This document shows, piece after piece, positions 1 through 9,515 of a DNA stretch of 32,000 nucleotides (its first letter is position 1; every line of letters begins with the position of its first letter). The notes below the pieces were generated by a model that saw only the letters and a list, made by a program, of their open reading frames with translations, did no database searches and was not told the DNA's origin. The DNA is taken from positions 1,140,001-1,172,000 of the forward strand of contig NC_017856.1 in NCBI RefSeq assembly GCF_000260965.1. Reading direction: 5' to 3'. The DNA comes from Methylophaga frappieri. GTDB taxonomy: Bacteria > Pseudomonadota > Gammaproteobacteria > Nitrosococcales > Methylophagaceae. Made by a program: the position numbers and the translations under genes.

Positions 1-243
1 GTTGATACGCATATATTTCGTCTCTCAAATCGCACCGGCTTAGCGAAGGGAAAAAATGTGCGGGAAGTTGAGGATAAACTGATTAAAAATACGCCAAAGC
101 CTTATTTGCTCGATGCGCACCATTGGCTGATATTACATGGTCGTTATGTCTGCACTGCCCGCAAACCAAAGTGTGGTGAATGTATTGTGAATGATTTGTG
201 TGATGATTTCCGACACCAATCCAAAATGATGACCGCCCATTAA
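1..243 (+). CDS. nth: Endonuclease III (DNA-(apurinic/apyrimidinic site) lyase), C-terminal fragment; the 5' end lies outside the window
   Basis: Frame 1 is open from base 1: VDTHIFRLSNRTGLAKGKNV...HHWLILHGRYVCTARKPKCGECIVNDLC. This is near-colinear with the E. coli Nth C-terminus, including the C-X6-C-X2-C-X5-C 4Fe-4S cluster loop. Stop TAA at 241-243. Confidence 0.9.
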   Translation, partial: VDTHIFRLSNRTGLAKGKNVREVEDKLIKNTPKPYLLDAHHWLILHGRYVCTARKPKCGECIVNDLCDDFRHQSKMMTAH

Positions 244-245
244 GC

Positions 246-677
246 ATGTTTGGACAAGATCGTGACAGCTTGCGCCGTTATTACCATGATGTTTGGCATA
301 AATGGCAACATCAGCAACCGCTCACTATGCTAGAGCAACAAATTGCAGTGGTGATTCAAGAGCATCCTGAATACCATTCGACACTGTCGCATAAGCAATC
401 TGTCCAGCAAAACTATTTTGTGGAAAGTGGTGACAATAATCCTTACCTGCATTTAGGTCTTCATCTTGCGATACGGGAGCAAGTGGCAACAGATCGCCCG
501 GCAGGTATTCGTCATGTTTATCAAAAACTTTTAGCACAACATCAAGGCAATCAACTCGATACTGAACATCAAATGATGGACTGTCTTGCTGAGTGTATTT
601 GGCAAAGTCAGCGCTCCAATCAGTCTCCTGACGAGACGGCCTATCTGGCAGCCCTACAGACGTGCTGCCATGACTAA
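246..677 (+). CDS. DUF1841 family protein
   Basis: 143-aa ORF starting 2 nt after the nth stop. The N-terminus (MFGQDRDSLRRYYHDVWHKW...PLTMLEQQIAVVIQEHPEYH) matches my memory of the conserved DUF1841 N-terminal pattern. No experimentally defined function. Confidence 0.7.
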   Translation: MFGQDRDSLRRYYHDVWHKWQHQQPLTMLEQQIAVVIQEHPEYHSTLSHKQSVQQNYFVESGDNNPYLHLGLHLAIREQVATDRPAGIRHVYQKLLAQHQGNQLDTEHQMMDCLAECIWQSQRSNQSPDETAYLAALQTCCHD

Positions 678-716
678 AAATTCTGTCTAAATTAAATTCA
701 GTGAGGTTTTCCTGTT

Positions 717-1724
717 ATGCAGGCACTACAATTTACTCATGCAGCTGGCCCTGCCCAGCTTATTTGTCAAGAGGATGCCACACCTAGCGGTTTTGATTTA
801 TGGGTCGCGGTCAACGCGGTCGGGGTCAACCCGGTCGATAAAAAAATACAATCCACAATCACCGATACACCCAAAATATTAGGTTGGGATGCCTGCGCAA
901 CGGTTGTCGCGGTAGGCGAAAAAGTCAGCGATTTTCAACCTGGTGATCGGGTTTTTTATGCCGGTGATCTGACACGGCCAGGCTGCTTTGCCAGTCACCA
1001 GTTAGTGGACAGTCGGTTAGTTGCACATGCGCCGCAGCAACTCACTGAGTTGCAGACAGCCAGTTTACCGCTTATCAGCTTGACCGCATGGGAATTGCTG
1101 TTTAATCGCTTGAAAATCAGTCTGCAAAAGGATCGTGGCAAAACCTTGTTAATTATCGGTGGTGCGGGTGGGGTGGGTTCTATGCTGATTCAACTCGCAA
1201 AACAACTTGCCGGATTACAGGTTATTGCATCAACGGGAAGCGAACAATCCACGCATTGGTGTCAGCAACTGGGGGCTGACCATACGGTTAGCCATCACGG
1301 ATCTTTGTCAAAAAACTATGAAGATGCTCAGTTGCCAGCCCCGGATTACATTATTTGCCTTGCTAACAGTGATGACTACTATCCGGTGATGGCGGCGCTT
1401 ATCAAGCCACAAGGTTTAATCGGTTTAGCGGTCAGTTTTCACCACCCTGTTGATTTGAATTTGCTAAAAAATAAAAGCGCCGGATTGGTCTGGGAGTTTA
1501 TGTTTACCCGTTCCTTATTCAACACAGCAGATATGGAACAACAGAAACGGATATTGCAACGCATCGCAGAACTGATTGATGCCGAGACACTAATCCACCC
1601 TGTTGGCCGGGAGTTCGACCAGCTGTCTGCCAGCACATTGCAACAGGCGCATGACCTCCTAAATCAAGGTAATCAACAGGGCAAAATTGTTTTGGGTCCC
1701 TTGGCTGGTGGCGACGGCAAATGA
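717..1724 (+). CDS. Zinc-binding alcohol dehydrogenase family / quinone-oxidoreductase-like MDR protein
   Basis: 335 aa. It has a GroES-like N-domain (VGVNPVDKK, GWDACATVVAVGEKVSDFQPGDRVFYAG) and a Rossmann nucleotide motif (LLIIGGAGGVGSMLIQLAK), typical of the MDR superfamily. GAGG lies upstream of the ATG. Confidence 0.8.
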   Translation: MQALQFTHAAGPAQLICQEDATPSGFDLWVAVNAVGVNPVDKKIQSTITDTPKILGWDACATVVAVGEKVSDFQPGDRVFYAGDLTRPGCFASHQLVDSRLVAHAPQQLTELQTASLPLISLTAWELLFNRLKISLQKDRGKTLLIIGGAGGVGSMLIQLAKQLAGLQVIASTGSEQSTHWCQQLGADHTVSHHGSLSKNYEDAQLPAPDYIICLANSDDYYPVMAALIKPQGLIGLAVSFHHPVDLNLLKNKSAGLVWEFMFTRSLFNTADMEQQKRILQRIAELIDAETLIHPVGREFDQLSASTLQQAHDLLNQGNQQGKIVLGPLAGGDGK

Positions 1725-1748
1725 ATGGCGTCATGAGGCTGTTCACCG

Positions 1749-1754
1749 TATAAT
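1749..1754 (+). promoter_or_regulatory. Candidate sigma70 -10 hexamer (TATAAT) for the cytochrome c5 gene
   Basis: Perfect TATAAT about 30 nt upstream of the ATG at 1784. The -35 is poor (TGGCGT-like). Sequence pattern only. Confidence 0.3.
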
Positions 1755-1783
1755 CTCAGCCGTCAGCTTGTCAGAGGTCTAAA

Positions 1784-2272
1784 ATGAAAAAAAATACATC
1801 ATCAAAATTTTTTGTAGGCAGTCTGGTTGTTTTCGTTGTCTTGTATGCGGTTGTTCAATTTGTTTTGAGCAATATGTTGGCATTGGGTGAAAATGTGACA
1901 CCGCCACCGAGTATGGACGATGACGCTATCACCGAACGGATTGCCCCTGTTGCTCAGGAACGTGTTGGTGAAGAGCCCATTGTGGTTGCCGCAGCACCAG
2001 CAGAGTCTGACGCCGCGGCAGGCGGCGAAAGTGGTCCCGGTATGGATGTTTACAATAGTGTCTGTATGGCATGCCATGCTGCCGGTGTTTTGGAAGCCCC
2101 AAAACTGGGTAGTGCTGATGATTGGGCACCACGTATCGAAAAAGGTATAGACACGCTCTACGACCATGCTATTAATGGCTTTAACATGATGCCAGCAAAA
2201 GGCGGTAACGGCGCGTTATCAGATGATGACGTAAAAGCAGCCGTAGATTATATGGTTGCAGAATCGCAATAA
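1784..2272 (+). CDS. Membrane-anchored cytochrome c5 family protein
   Basis: 162 aa. It has an N-terminal TM helix (FFVGSLVVFVVLYAVVQFVL), an Ala/Pro/Glu-rich linker, then a class I c-type domain with the heme motif CMACHAAG and a distal Met region (GFNMMPAKGG). The RBS AGAGG precedes the ATG. Confidence 0.85.
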   Translation: MKKNTSSKFFVGSLVVFVVLYAVVQFVLSNMLALGENVTPPPSMDDDAITERIAPVAQERVGEEPIVVAAAPAESDAAAGGESGPGMDVYNSVCMACHAAGVLEAPKLGSADDWAPRIEKGIDTLYDHAINGFNMMPAKGGNGALSDDDVKAAVDYMVAESQ

Positions 2273-2292
2273 ATATTGCGCTTAGCTAACAT

Positions 2293-2336
2293 AAATGCCT
2301 GTCCGAAACGTAAAACGGACGGGCATTTATTTTGTC
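2293..2336 (+). terminator. Rho-independent terminator after the cytochrome c5 gene
   Basis: aaatgcctgtccg (2293-2305) pairs with cggacgggcattt (2316-2328) with one G-T wobble and a 10-nt loop, followed by a T-rich tail (tattttg). Confidence 0.7.
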
Positions 2337-2373
2337 TTCACATTTTTGAACGACCAGGGAACCCAGCCTGTTC

Positions 2374-5193
2374 ATGAATTTGCTTAACTTTAACCTGCCA
2401 GTCATTGCTCTGCTCCCTTTTATGGCGGCGCCATTGGCAGCCTATTGCGGTCGTTATCATCGCTTAGCACCGGCCTGGGTTTCCGGGATAACAACATTAC
2501 TTGCATTGGCCTTGCTCTGGCCGGTTCAGTCCGCTGTGTTTAGCGGACAAACGCTGATTCAGAGCTGGTCCTGGTTACCCGCCATCGGTCTGTCTTTTTC
2601 CTTTCGTCTTGACGGGCTGGCAATGCTATTCAGCTTGCTTATTCTGCTGATCGGCTTATTAATCATTTTCTATGCCCGTTATTACCTGACGGCGAAAGAT
2701 TCCACCAGCCGGTTTTATGCTTATCTATTGATGTTTATGGGCTCCATGTTAGGCATTGTGTTGTCCGAGAACATCTTGCTGCTGGTTGTTTTCTGGGAGC
2801 TTACGTCATTAACGTCGTTTTTGCTGATTAGTTTCTGGCAGTATCGGCAGGATGCCAGACAAGGGGCAAGGATGGCGCTCACCATCACTGGTGCTGGTGG
2901 TTTAGCCTTGCTAGCCGCCATGCTGTTGATTGGTCATATCGCTGGCAGTTATCAGTTGACAGACGTACTGGCCGCCGCTGAGACCATCAAAGCCGATCCA
3001 TTATTTGTACCCGCATTAATCCTTTTTTTACTCGGTGTGTTCACCAAATCTGCACAGTTCCCATTTCACTTCTGGTTACCGCATGCCATGGCGGCTCCGA
3101 CGCCCGTTTCAGCCTACCTGCACTCGGCAACGATGGTCAAAGCAGGCATTTTTCTATTAGCCCGATTTTTCCCCGTCTTTTCTGGGACGCCCGAATGGAT
3201 ATGGCTGGTCGGCGGTGCTGGCATGATGACATTATTGCTTGGTGCCTATGTGGCATTGTTCAAACATGATCTCAAAGGATTACTGGCCTATTCGACCCTC
3301 AGTCATCTGGGTCTAATTACGCTGCTTTTCGGTTTCAGCAGTGAGATGGCGTTAGTTGCGGCCCTATTTCATATCATTAACCATGCGACTTTCAAGGGCT
3401 CTTTATTCATGGTTGCGGGCATCATTGATCATGAGTCTGGCACTCGGGATATGCGCAAACTGAATGGCTTGTTTCGGATGATGCCACATACCGCTGTATT
3501 GGCCATGATCGCAGCAGCAGCAATGGCTGGTGTCCCCTTGCTCAATGGTTTCATCAGTAAAGAGATGTTTTTTGAACAAGCCCTGTCCGCATCCGGGGGC
3601 GATTGGACAGCATGGATTGTCCCGCTTCTAGTTACATTGGCAGCCGTCTTCTCGGTCGCGTATTCATTACGGTTTATTCATGATGTCTTTTTCAATGGTC
3701 AACCGATTGATCTGCCAAAAACACCCCATGAACCACCGCGCTTCATGAAAATTCCAGTGGATATTCTGGTCGTGCTCTGTCTGGTTGTCGGTATCGCTCC
3801 CATGCTGTTACTTGGGCCAATTTTAAGTGTCGCTGCTGCCAGCAGTCTGCAAGCCACTGCCCCCGCCTTCAGCTTGGCAATTTGGCATGGTGTGAATTTG
3901 CCCTTGATGATGAGCTTTATTGCTCTGCTGTTGGGCGTTCTGGTCTACACACAACGCCACAAACTGTTTGCTTGGCACGAAGCGACCCTGTTAAGAATAG
4001 AGGGGAAAAATCTGTTTGACTGGGTAATGCGCAAGCTGATTCGTATGGCCCGTCAGGTTACCGCTGCTTTTGACCGTAGTGCACTGCAACCTGCCGCATC
4101 GTGGTTAATCGCGGCAGCCCTGTTTATGGGCTTTATGGGATTTGCCCAGTTTCCAGCGCCACTTCTGGGTGACAGGGAATTGATGGCGGCGAATGTTGTA
4201 ACCATTTTGTTAACGCTGATCTTGATTGCTGCCAGCCTGCTAACGGCTATCCTGCATCATCAGCGACTGCTGTCACTGATAACCGTTGGGGTTGTGGGTC
4301 TGCTGGTTGCCTTAAGTTTCGTTCTGTTCTCCGCACCCGATCTGGCGCTGACGCAACTCTCGGTTGAGGTTGTCACCATTGTCTTACTGCTACTGGCATT
4401 ATTTTTCCTGCCTCAGCATACTCCGCAAGAGCGCAGTTTTGCCCGTTACAGTCGGGATGGGTTAATTTCAATTTTTTCCGGTTTAGCGGTATTTTTTCTC
4501 ACCATGGCGGTTTTAAGCCGTGACTATCAACCCATTTCACAATTTTTTCTGGACAACGCCAAACCAGGTGGTGGTGGCACTAATGTGGTTAACGTCATTC
4601 TGGTTGACTTTCGTGGCTTTGATACCTTGGGTGAAGTTGTGGTTCTGGCACTGGCCGGTTTAGGGGTGTATGCCATGTTGCAAGGACTGCGCCTGACTGC
4701 GCCTGGTCATGATATTGCGGGTATTCCCTGGAGTCATGACCCGCATCCACCGATTATGCAAACTTTGACTCGACTGTTGTTTCCGCTGATGCTGATGGTG
4801 GCAGTATTTATTTTTCTGCGCGGTCACAATCTGCCCGGTGGTGGGTTTATCGCCGGACTCATTGCTTCTGTCGCTTTGATCTCTCAATATCTGGCAAATG
4901 GGATCGACTGGACCAACACGCGTCTGCGCGCCAATATGCATCACATTATCGGGGCGGGTTTGTTAATCGCATTCGTGACGGGATTTGTGCCAGTTTTACT
5001 GGACTTTCCCTTCCTGACCACGGCCTTCACCTATTTGCACTGGCCAATCGTTGGCACATTCGAAATTGCCAGTGCGATTGCCTTTGACTTGGGCGTGTTT
5101 TTGGTCGTTGTCGGTAGTGCTGTGATGATTCTGGTTGAACTGGGCAAGCTCAGTCACGCCGCTCACTTTATACAAACAAAGGAAGCTGACTGA
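2374..5193 (+). CDS. mrpA: Monovalent cation/H+ antiporter subunit A (MrpA/MnhA/PhaA) with a fused MrpB-like C-terminal domain
   Basis: 939-aa polytopic membrane protein with NuoL/ND5-like proton-pumping motifs ([45 protein letters not shown]). No separate mrpB follows, which is the group-2 Mrp architecture. Confidence 0.9.
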   Translation: MNLLNFNLPVIALLPFMAAPLAAYCGRYHRLAPAWVSGITTLLALALLWPVQSAVFSGQTLIQSWSWLPAIGLSFSFRLDGLAMLFSLLILLIGLLIIFYARYYLTAKDSTSRFYAYLLMFMGSMLGIVLSENILLLVVFWELTSLTSFLLISFWQYRQDARQGARMALTITGAGGLALLAAMLLIGHIAGSYQLTDVLAAAETIKADPLFVPALILFLLGVFTKSAQFPFHFWLPHAMAAPTPVSAYLHSATMVKAGIFLLARFFPVFSGTPEWIWLVGGAGMMTLLLGAYVALFKHDLKGLLAYSTLSHLGLITLLFGFSSEMALVAALFHIINHATFKGSLFMVAGIIDHESGTRDMRKLNGLFRMMPHTAVLAMIAAAAMAGVPLLNGFISKEMFFEQALSASGGDWTAWIVPLLVTLAAVFSVAYSLRFIHDVFFNGQPIDLPKTPHEPPRFMKIPVDILVVLCLVVGIAPMLLLGPILSVAAASSLQATAPAFSLAIWHGVNLPLMMSFIALLLGVLVYTQRHKLFAWHEATLLRIEGKNLFDWVMRKLIRMARQVTAAFDRSALQPAASWLIAAALFMGFMGFAQFPAPLLGDRELMAANVVTILLTLILIAASLLTAILHHQRLLSLITVGVVGLLVALSFVLFSAPDLALTQLSVEVVTIVLLLLALFFLPQHTPQERSFARYSRDGLISIFSGLAVFFLTMAVLSRDYQPISQFFLDNAKPGGGGTNVVNVILVDFRGFDTLGEVVVLALAGLGVYAMLQGLRLTAPGHDIAGIPWSHDPHPPIMQTLTRLLFPLMLMVAVFIFLRGHNLPGGGFIAGLIASVALISQYLANGIDWTNTRLRANMHHIIGAGLLIAFVTGFVPVLLDFPFLTTAFTYLHWPIVGTFEIASAIAFDLGVFLVVVGSAVMILVELGKLSHAAHFIQTKEAD

Positions 5194-5573
5194 TGGAGTG
5201 GCTCATCGCCGCCATGATTGCTGTCATGACCAGCAGTGGTGTTTTTCTGGTGTTACGGGCACGCACTTTTCCTGTCGTGCTTGGACTGACATTACTGGCT
5301 TATGCTGTGAATGTGTTTCTGTTCGCGATGGGGCGGTTACAGATTGGCACGCCACCCGTAATCGATAAATCAGCTCTCGCCTATACCGATCCGTTACCAC
5401 AGGCACTGGTACTCACGGCTATTGTTATTGCTTTTGGAATGACAGCCTTTCTTATTGTGTTGGCACTCAAATCACGCAGTGAATTAGGCAATGACCATGT
5501 GGATGGGGTGCATAAATCTGTTGACGAACGTGAAGCCAGCCGGCAGCAGGCTGACATGGGAGAACATCCATGA
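5193..5573 (+). CDS. mrpC: Monovalent cation/H+ antiporter subunit C (NuoK-like)
   Basis: 126 aa with 3 TM helices. Its position is directly after mrpA (TGATG overlap at 5191-5195), and its size and topology are NuoK-like. Confidence 0.85.
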   Translation: MEWLIAAMIAVMTSSGVFLVLRARTFPVVLGLTLLAYAVNVFLFAMGRLQIGTPPVIDKSALAYTDPLPQALVLTAIVIAFGMTAFLIVLALKSRSELGNDHVDGVHKSVDEREASRQQADMGEHP

Positions 5574-7096
5574 GTCAGTTCGCCAGTTTTCCGGTATTAC
5601 TCCCCTTGTTCAGTGGCATTCTACTATTGCTGCTCCCTCAACGTAGTGTTGCTCTACAACGTGCTGTTAGTCTGCTATTAACCGTTATTTTGCTGGGTAT
5701 GAGTGTGTCTGCCTTTCAGTTGGTGCTGAACGGTGATTACCATGTTATTTTGCTGGGTGACTGGTCTGCCCCTTTCGGGATTGTCATGGTGCTGGACAGT
5801 CTCTCGGCGTTAATGCTTGTAGTGACTGCAACACTGGCAGTGGCCGCGTTGTGGTACGCCATCGCCAGCAATACCGATCAGCAAGGCAAGTATTTTCATG
5901 TGTTATTTCAGCTGCAGTTATTCGGGCTGAACGGCGCATTCATGACTGGTGATTTGTTCAATTTATTCGTCTTCTTTGAGGTGCTGCTATTAGCCTCTTA
6001 TGGATTGCTGCTTCATGGTGGTGGTCGGCTAAGAACGCGTGCAGGACTCCATTATGTTGTCCTCAATCTGATTGGCTCAACACTGTTCTTGTTTGCCGTC
6101 GGCACGTTGTACGGCATGCTCGGCACCTTGAACATTGCCGATATGGCGATTGCCGTTCAGGCCGTTGATGCTGAAGATCGCGGTATTGTCAGCGCTGCCG
6201 CGTTGATGTTGTTACTTGTGTTTGGCATTAAAGCGGCCATTTTTCCAGTATATTTATGGTTGCCGGGTGCTTATACCTACACCACAGCCCCGGTTGCAGC
6301 GTTGTTCGCCATTATGACTAAAGTCGGTTTGTACGCCATGATCCGGGTCCATGGCACCTTATTTAGTGAAGATGCTGGCATGCTGGCATTCATTCATCAT
6401 GACTGGCTACTGGCTCTGGGACTGCTTACACTTTTGTTGGGTGCGTTTGGCGTGCTGGCGGCACGGATTTTCAGACAACAAGTGGCTTATCTTGTTCTGG
6501 CCTCAGTGGCCACCTTGATGGTCGCGATTGGCCTTACCAACGAAACCGCCTTATCCGCTGGTTTATATTATCTGATTCACTCAACGCTGATTGGCGCCGC
6601 TCTGTTCTTACTGGCCGATGTTATTCGACTGGCACGGGGGCATCATGCTGATACTTTTACCAAAGCGACGCCCTTAGCTCAGCCTGTTTTGGTAGGTAGT
6701 GTCTTCATGCTTCTAGCTGTCGCGGTAGCTGGCATGCCACCATTATCCGGTTTTTTTGGTAAGTTAATGTTATTGCATGCGGCGCTGGCACATCATTGGT
6801 ATACCGCCATTGCGACAATCATCTTAACTTCGGGACTGATTATGATTGTGGCCTTAGTGCGAACCGGTTCGCTGTTTTTTTACAGTGTTCAGTCACAACC
6901 AGACAAACCGGCACCGGCGTTAAATAAACCTGCCTTTGCCGCGATTATTGGTCTGCTGCTGGTGAGTCCGGCAATGGTTTTGCTGGCCCAACCCTTGACC
7001 ACACTGACCACGACAATTGCCACCCAAACAGGCAACCATCAGGCCTATATTAATGCAGTCATGCGTCAGCCGGAAAAAGCGGCGGTCATGCCATGA
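5570..7096 (+). CDS. mrpD: Monovalent cation/H+ antiporter subunit D (NuoM/N-like)
   Basis: 508-aa polytopic protein with the proton-antiporter motif (FVFFEVLLLASYGLL; IKAAIFPVYLWLPGAYTYTTAPVAALFAIMTKVG). ATGA overlap with mrpC at 5570-5573. Confidence 0.9.
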   Translation: MSQFASFPVLLPLFSGILLLLLPQRSVALQRAVSLLLTVILLGMSVSAFQLVLNGDYHVILLGDWSAPFGIVMVLDSLSALMLVVTATLAVAALWYAIASNTDQQGKYFHVLFQLQLFGLNGAFMTGDLFNLFVFFEVLLLASYGLLLHGGGRLRTRAGLHYVVLNLIGSTLFLFAVGTLYGMLGTLNIADMAIAVQAVDAEDRGIVSAAALMLLLVFGIKAAIFPVYLWLPGAYTYTTAPVAALFAIMTKVGLYAMIRVHGTLFSEDAGMLAFIHHDWLLALGLLTLLLGAFGVLAARIFRQQVAYLVLASVATLMVAIGLTNETALSAGLYYLIHSTLIGAALFLLADVIRLARGHHADTFTKATPLAQPVLVGSVFMLLAVAVAGMPPLSGFFGKLMLLHAALAHHWYTAIATIILTSGLIMIVALVRTGSLFFYSVQSQPDKPAPALNKPAFAAIIGLLLVSPAMVLLAQPLTTLTTTIATQTGNHQAYINAVMRQPEKAAVMP

Positions 7097-7590
7097 TCTG
7101 GTCGCGTCTTTTCCCACACCCGGTGTTAACGATACTGTTATGGCTAATCTGGCTGCTACTAAATAATACAGCTAGTGCCGGGCACATGGTATTAGGGGCA
7201 ATGCTGGCTGTCTTTATTCCGTGGTTTACTTCTGCTTTCTGGCCAGAAAAAATCATCATTAAGCAGCCATGGCGCTTAATCCAATATATCGCTGTTGTTC
7301 TCTGGGAAATTCTCGCTGCCAACGTGATTGTTGCCAAGTTAATTTTGAGAAGTGCGGATAAATTACAACCGGGATTTGTGCGTTATCCTCTACAGTTGCG
7401 ATCGCCGGTTGGTATCAGTTTGCTAGCAAACACTATCTCACTCACACCTGGCACAGTCAGCTGTGATTTAAGTGAGGATGGTCAATTTTTACTTATTCAT
7501 GCTTTGCATATGACCGACCCAGACAAAACGATCGCCGAAATTAAACAAAAATTCGAACAGCCTTTGCAGGAGATTTTTGTCGCATGTTAA
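7093..7590 (+). CDS. mrpE: Monovalent cation/H+ antiporter subunit E
   Basis: 165 aa with two N-terminal TM helices and a soluble C-domain. The operon position and ATGA overlap with mrpD (7093-7096) fit MrpE/MnhE. Confidence 0.8.
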   Translation: MIWSRLFPHPVLTILLWLIWLLLNNTASAGHMVLGAMLAVFIPWFTSAFWPEKIIIKQPWRLIQYIAVVLWEILAANVIVAKLILRSADKLQPGFVRYPLQLRSPVGISLLANTISLTPGTVSCDLSEDGQFLLIHALHMTDPDKTIAEIKQKFEQPLQEIFVAC

Positions 7591-7853
7591 CAAACGCTAT
7601 TCTGGTCGCATTTGCTCTGGTTGGTCTTGCTGTTTTGCTCAGTTTTATTCGTTTAATCAAAGGCCCGGACATGCCGGACCGAATTTTGGCATTGGACACT
7701 TTATATATAAATGCTATCGCTTTGCTTATTCTGCTAGGTATCTATCTAAGAAGCCCGTTGTATTTTGAGGCAGCTTTATTGATTGCCGTCATGGGCTTTA
7801 TGGGAACATTGGCATTGAGCAAATATCTGCTTCGTGGCGACATTATGGAATAA
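7584..7853 (+). CDS. mrpF: Monovalent cation/H+ antiporter subunit F
   Basis: 89 aa with 3 TM helices and the conserved RLIKGPDMPDRILALDT motif typical of MrpF/MnhF. It overlaps mrpE by 7 nt. Confidence 0.8.
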   Translation: MLTNAILVAFALVGLAVLLSFIRLIKGPDMPDRILALDTLYINAIALLILLGIYLRSPLYFEAALLIAVMGFMGTLALSKYLLRGDIME

Positions 7854-7855
7854 CC

Positions 7856-8179
7856 ATGCTTGATATTCTTTTAGCCTTGTTAATCCTTTTGGGAAGCTTC
7901 TTTACATTAGTGGGCAGTATCGGCTTATTTAAACTGCCTGATTTTTATATGCGACTTCATGGTCCAACCAAAGCCAGTACATTGGGTGTCGGTGCCATAC
8001 TGGTTGCTTCAGCCATTTATTTTAGTACACAAACAGGCCATCTTAGCTTGCACGAAATCTTGGTGACCCTGTTTTTGTTTATTACGGCGCCTGTCAGCGC
8101 TCATTTGATGGCTAAAGCTGCTATCCATATTAAAGTCAGGCAGATAAAACGGACACGTCAAACAGACGCCACAAAATGA
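7856..8179 (+). CDS. mrpG: Monovalent cation/H+ antiporter subunit G
   Basis: 107 aa with 3 TM helices and the [15 protein letters not shown] motif typical of MrpG/MnhG. It starts 2 nt after the mrpF stop. Confidence 0.8.
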   Translation: MLDILLALLILLGSFFTLVGSIGLFKLPDFYMRLHGPTKASTLGVGAILVASAIYFSTQTGHLSLHEILVTLFLFITAPVSAHLMAKAAIHIKVRQIKRTRQTDATK

Positions 8180-8640
8180 ACCAGGCTCAAATTTGGGTAG
8201 ATGCGGATGCCTGTCCAACAGTTATCCGAGATATTTTGTATCGCGCAGCAGGTCGAACCCAAACGCAAACGACTTTTATTGCCAACCATTTTTTGCGTTT
8301 GCCGCCTTCGGATTTTGTGGATTTTATTCAAGTTCAATCAGGTTTTGATATTGCGGATAACGAAATTGTCCAACGCCTCTCCGCTGGCGATTTAGTGATT
8401 ACAGCAGATATTCCCCTTGCTGCTGAAGCTATCCAAAAAGGCGCCGTTGCGCTGAATCCTCGTGGCGAATATCACACGAAAGCCACCATTCAGGCGAGAT
8501 TAACCATGAGAGACTTTATGGAGACTATGCGGAGTAGCGGAGAAATGATCAAAGGCCCACCGGCCTTGTCACAAAAAGACAGGCAAACATTTGCTAACCA
8601 TCTTGATCGCTGGTTGCTAAACAACATCAACCGCAAATAA
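8176..8640 (+). CDS. yaiI: YaiI/YqxD family protein (UPF0178, DUF188)
   Basis: 154 aa. [25 protein letters not shown]...[28 protein letters not shown]...[14 protein letters not shown] is essentially colinear with E. coli YaiI. ATGA overlap with the mrpG stop at 8176-8179. Confidence 0.9.
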   Translation: MNQAQIWVDADACPTVIRDILYRAAGRTQTQTTFIANHFLRLPPSDFVDFIQVQSGFDIADNEIVQRLSAGDLVITADIPLAAEAIQKGAVALNPRGEYHTKATIQARLTMRDFMETMRSSGEMIKGPPALSQKDRQTFANHLDRWLLNNINRK

Positions 8641-8955
8641 CAAACTGATGAAACATCGCCGAGTGGCTAACACGTCACGCCTACCGTACATCGCGCCCTT
8701 AAGTCATCTCAATTCACGTGACACTGCCTACCGTTAGATTAAGCTCATTTTCAGCACCAAGACGGCAGCTAGTGCTAACCGATCGACCACCACTTCCACA
8801 CCCTCTATCGTTATAACCGTTTCATTTGCCAACAACAGCAAGGTAATTCCGATTGCAACACTCGTTAACGCGGCTAATATAAATCCGAGTAATTTACCGA
8901 AGTTAAAGAGACAAAAATTGCACTAATTCACCCAAGTAAGGGTTATGGAAAAAAA

Positions 8956-9504
8956 TTAGTGGTGATGATGTCCCTGCCCATCAATTACGGTCACTAATGG
9001 TGCAGGATAATTTAATGTCGATGATTGAAGTTTAGCGTTTTTATGCTTTTCCGACTCAGGCTGCTGTTCAGGTGTTTGATTCCACTGTAATTCGCCCAAA
9101 ACGCATTGTTGGTGAACTGGAAAATAAAGTTTACTTGTTGCTCCAACCGCTACAAGTCCAATGAATTCAAACTCATCAAAATGCTCATCTTTAAGCTCAT
9201 TGCCATACCAAGTAATTTTATGCACATCATTTGTCACTGTTTTCCCATGTGACTCATAGGGCATGGCTAAGGGGTACTTTACAACATCAATCTGCCAACC
9301 TGCTTTTGGCATTGGTTTTGCGCCACGAAAACCAGGTGGAATCGTGATCGTAACTTTAGTTGTCGCCGAACCATCACAGCCATGGCCAATCGTCATCACA
9401 CCTTTAAAATATTGCCCACTCTCTGCTTGCTGCGGCGAAATCACTGCGTGTGCCTGAGCTAGACCCGGCATTAACATCAGCCCCAATAATCCTTGTCTAA
9501 TCAT
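8956..9504 (-). CDS. ycnI: YcnI family (DUF1775) periplasmic copper-binding protein
   Basis: 182 aa. The signal peptide MIRQGLLGLMLMPGLAQA is followed directly by His (HAVISPQ...). GHGCDGSATTKVTITIPPG and the beta-rich body are typical of DUF1775. The C-terminus ends GQGHHHH. A strong RBS (AGGAGA) lies in the 11-nt gap after the rep stop. Confidence 0.85.
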   Translation of the reverse strand: MIRQGLLGLMLMPGLAQAHAVISPQQAESGQYFKGVMTIGHGCDGSATTKVTITIPPGFRGAKPMPKAGWQIDVVKYPLAMPYESHGKTVTNDVHKITWYGNELKDEHFDEFEFIGLVAVGATSKLYFPVHQQCVLGELQWNQTPEQQPESEKHKNAKLQSSTLNYPAPLVTVIDGQGHHHH

Positions 9505-9515
9505 GCTCTATTCTC

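Noticed and set aside
1704-1711. E. coli Chi octamers (GCTGGTGG) at 1704-1711 and 2893-2900 on the plus strand, and the complement at 30397-30404
   Set aside because: Three hits in 64 kb of two-strand sequence is close to chance expectation. Chi sequences are lineage-specific, and the cognate Chi of this organism is unknown.
8956-8970. C-terminal HHHH of YcnI as a possible engineered His-tag or cloning artefact
   Set aside because: There are only four His residues, in mixed cat/cac codons. They are preceded by native sequence (VIDGQG) with no linker, protease site or vector sequence around them. His-rich tails are common in natural periplasmic metal-binding proteins.
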